Source of the DNA: Callorhinchus milii | Lineage: Eukaryota | Direction of reading: 5' to 3' | NCBI RefSeq assembly: GCF_018977255.1 | Contig: NW_024704742.1 | Coordinates: 70,310,001 to 70,374,000 of the forward strand | Length of the DNA stretch: 64,000 bases | In this document: positions 63,212 to 64,000 of the stretch, piece after piece | Layout: every line of letters begins with the position of its first letter | How positions within the stretch are numbered: the first letter of the stretch is position 1 | Notes under the pieces: generated by a model | Told to the model about the DNA's origin: nothing | The model's database searches: none | The model's input: the letters and a program-made list of their open reading frames with translations, nothing else | Translations under genes and position numbers: made by a program

Positions 63212-64000
63212 GTAAGCTTTTATTTTCTGGTGTTCTGGGTTTTTATCATCATCCCAGTCACTCCCTTCTCCTACCCCTTCCTATCCACGTCATTAAAATT
63301 GATCCCACTACCGTTGACCTGGCCGGCCCCACCTTTGACCGCTGGTTCCATGCTGGCCCGGGCGTTTCATCACCTGCTCCGGGAAGAGTGGCTTAGCTCC
63401 ACTTTGAAACCGTTCCTGGGAAAGGCACCAAAAGCCTGGGATCGGCACAAAACTGGGGTCAGTGAGTGAGTCAAAGGCTTACGGCTCAGTGGCCTCAGGT
63501 GAATCTATTTGAACGCAGATATGAGGGGAGTTTGGAGTGAGGAGGAGGGGGGGGAAGGGGCTTGTGTATGTGTGTAGGTGTATGTGTTATTGTTGTTTTC
63601 AGATACCCCAGCACTCTTTTCTCTGAGTTAGAAGCAATCTTTCCCGCACCCCCACCAAATGCATTGCGATGATGTGATAAGGCACTGAATCGAACAAAAG
63701 GATTCTTGTTAATAATTTATTATGTTCCGTTATGAACAGTGTGGTGTGTAATTGAGGCTCGTCTTCCTTATAAAGACATAATAAAGCCCAATTAAGAAAA
63801 TACTGGGGCTATCAATACTATTGATAGTGGAAATTAATTCCAATTTATAACATTTATCCAGAGCCCATGATTAGATTACAGCAATAAACCCGCTCCCATG
63901 TATGCATGTGTTTTTTTTAATAATATGTTTTGGTTTAAGCAATGAGGCTTATTGAGAATCTGGGAGTTCTCTCAGTGCTGGCTGGCACAGGTCAGGATTT

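Overview
This is eukaryotic, repeat-dense vertebrate DNA. The Deu-domain tRNA-SINEs and CR1/L2/Tx1 LINE types point to a cartilaginous fish, probably a chimaera such as Callorhinchus (inference from recalled repeat families). The window holds the promoter and first 14 coding exons (10008-63211, + strand) of a DOCK-A family Rac-GEF most similar to DOCK2. I assembled the exons by hand: all introns are GT-AG, phases are compatible, and the 1386 nt (462 codons) have no stop, covering the SH3 domain, helical/ELMO-binding region and start of DHR-1/C2; the gene continues past the window. Most other sequence is retroelement debris: a 5'-truncated Tx1-clade LINE, a CR1 RT remnant, L2 remnants, dozens of Deu-SINE copies of two types, an unclassified dispersed repeat, and mini/microsatellites. 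A CpG island at the left edge probably belongs to a neighbouring gene. I found no convincing new multi-gene system. The best leads are: (i) the gene mixes DOCK2- and DOCK1-type diagnostic features and may be a distinct paralog; (ii) a minisatellite whose units match NF-kB sites; (iii) candidate haematopoietic ETS/IRF/GATA enhancers; (iv) an unusual exon-13 acceptor; (v) SINE/L2 partnership and inverted SINE pairs. Comparisons with human DOCK proteins and repeat families are from memory, not from searches. Repeat boundaries are approximate.
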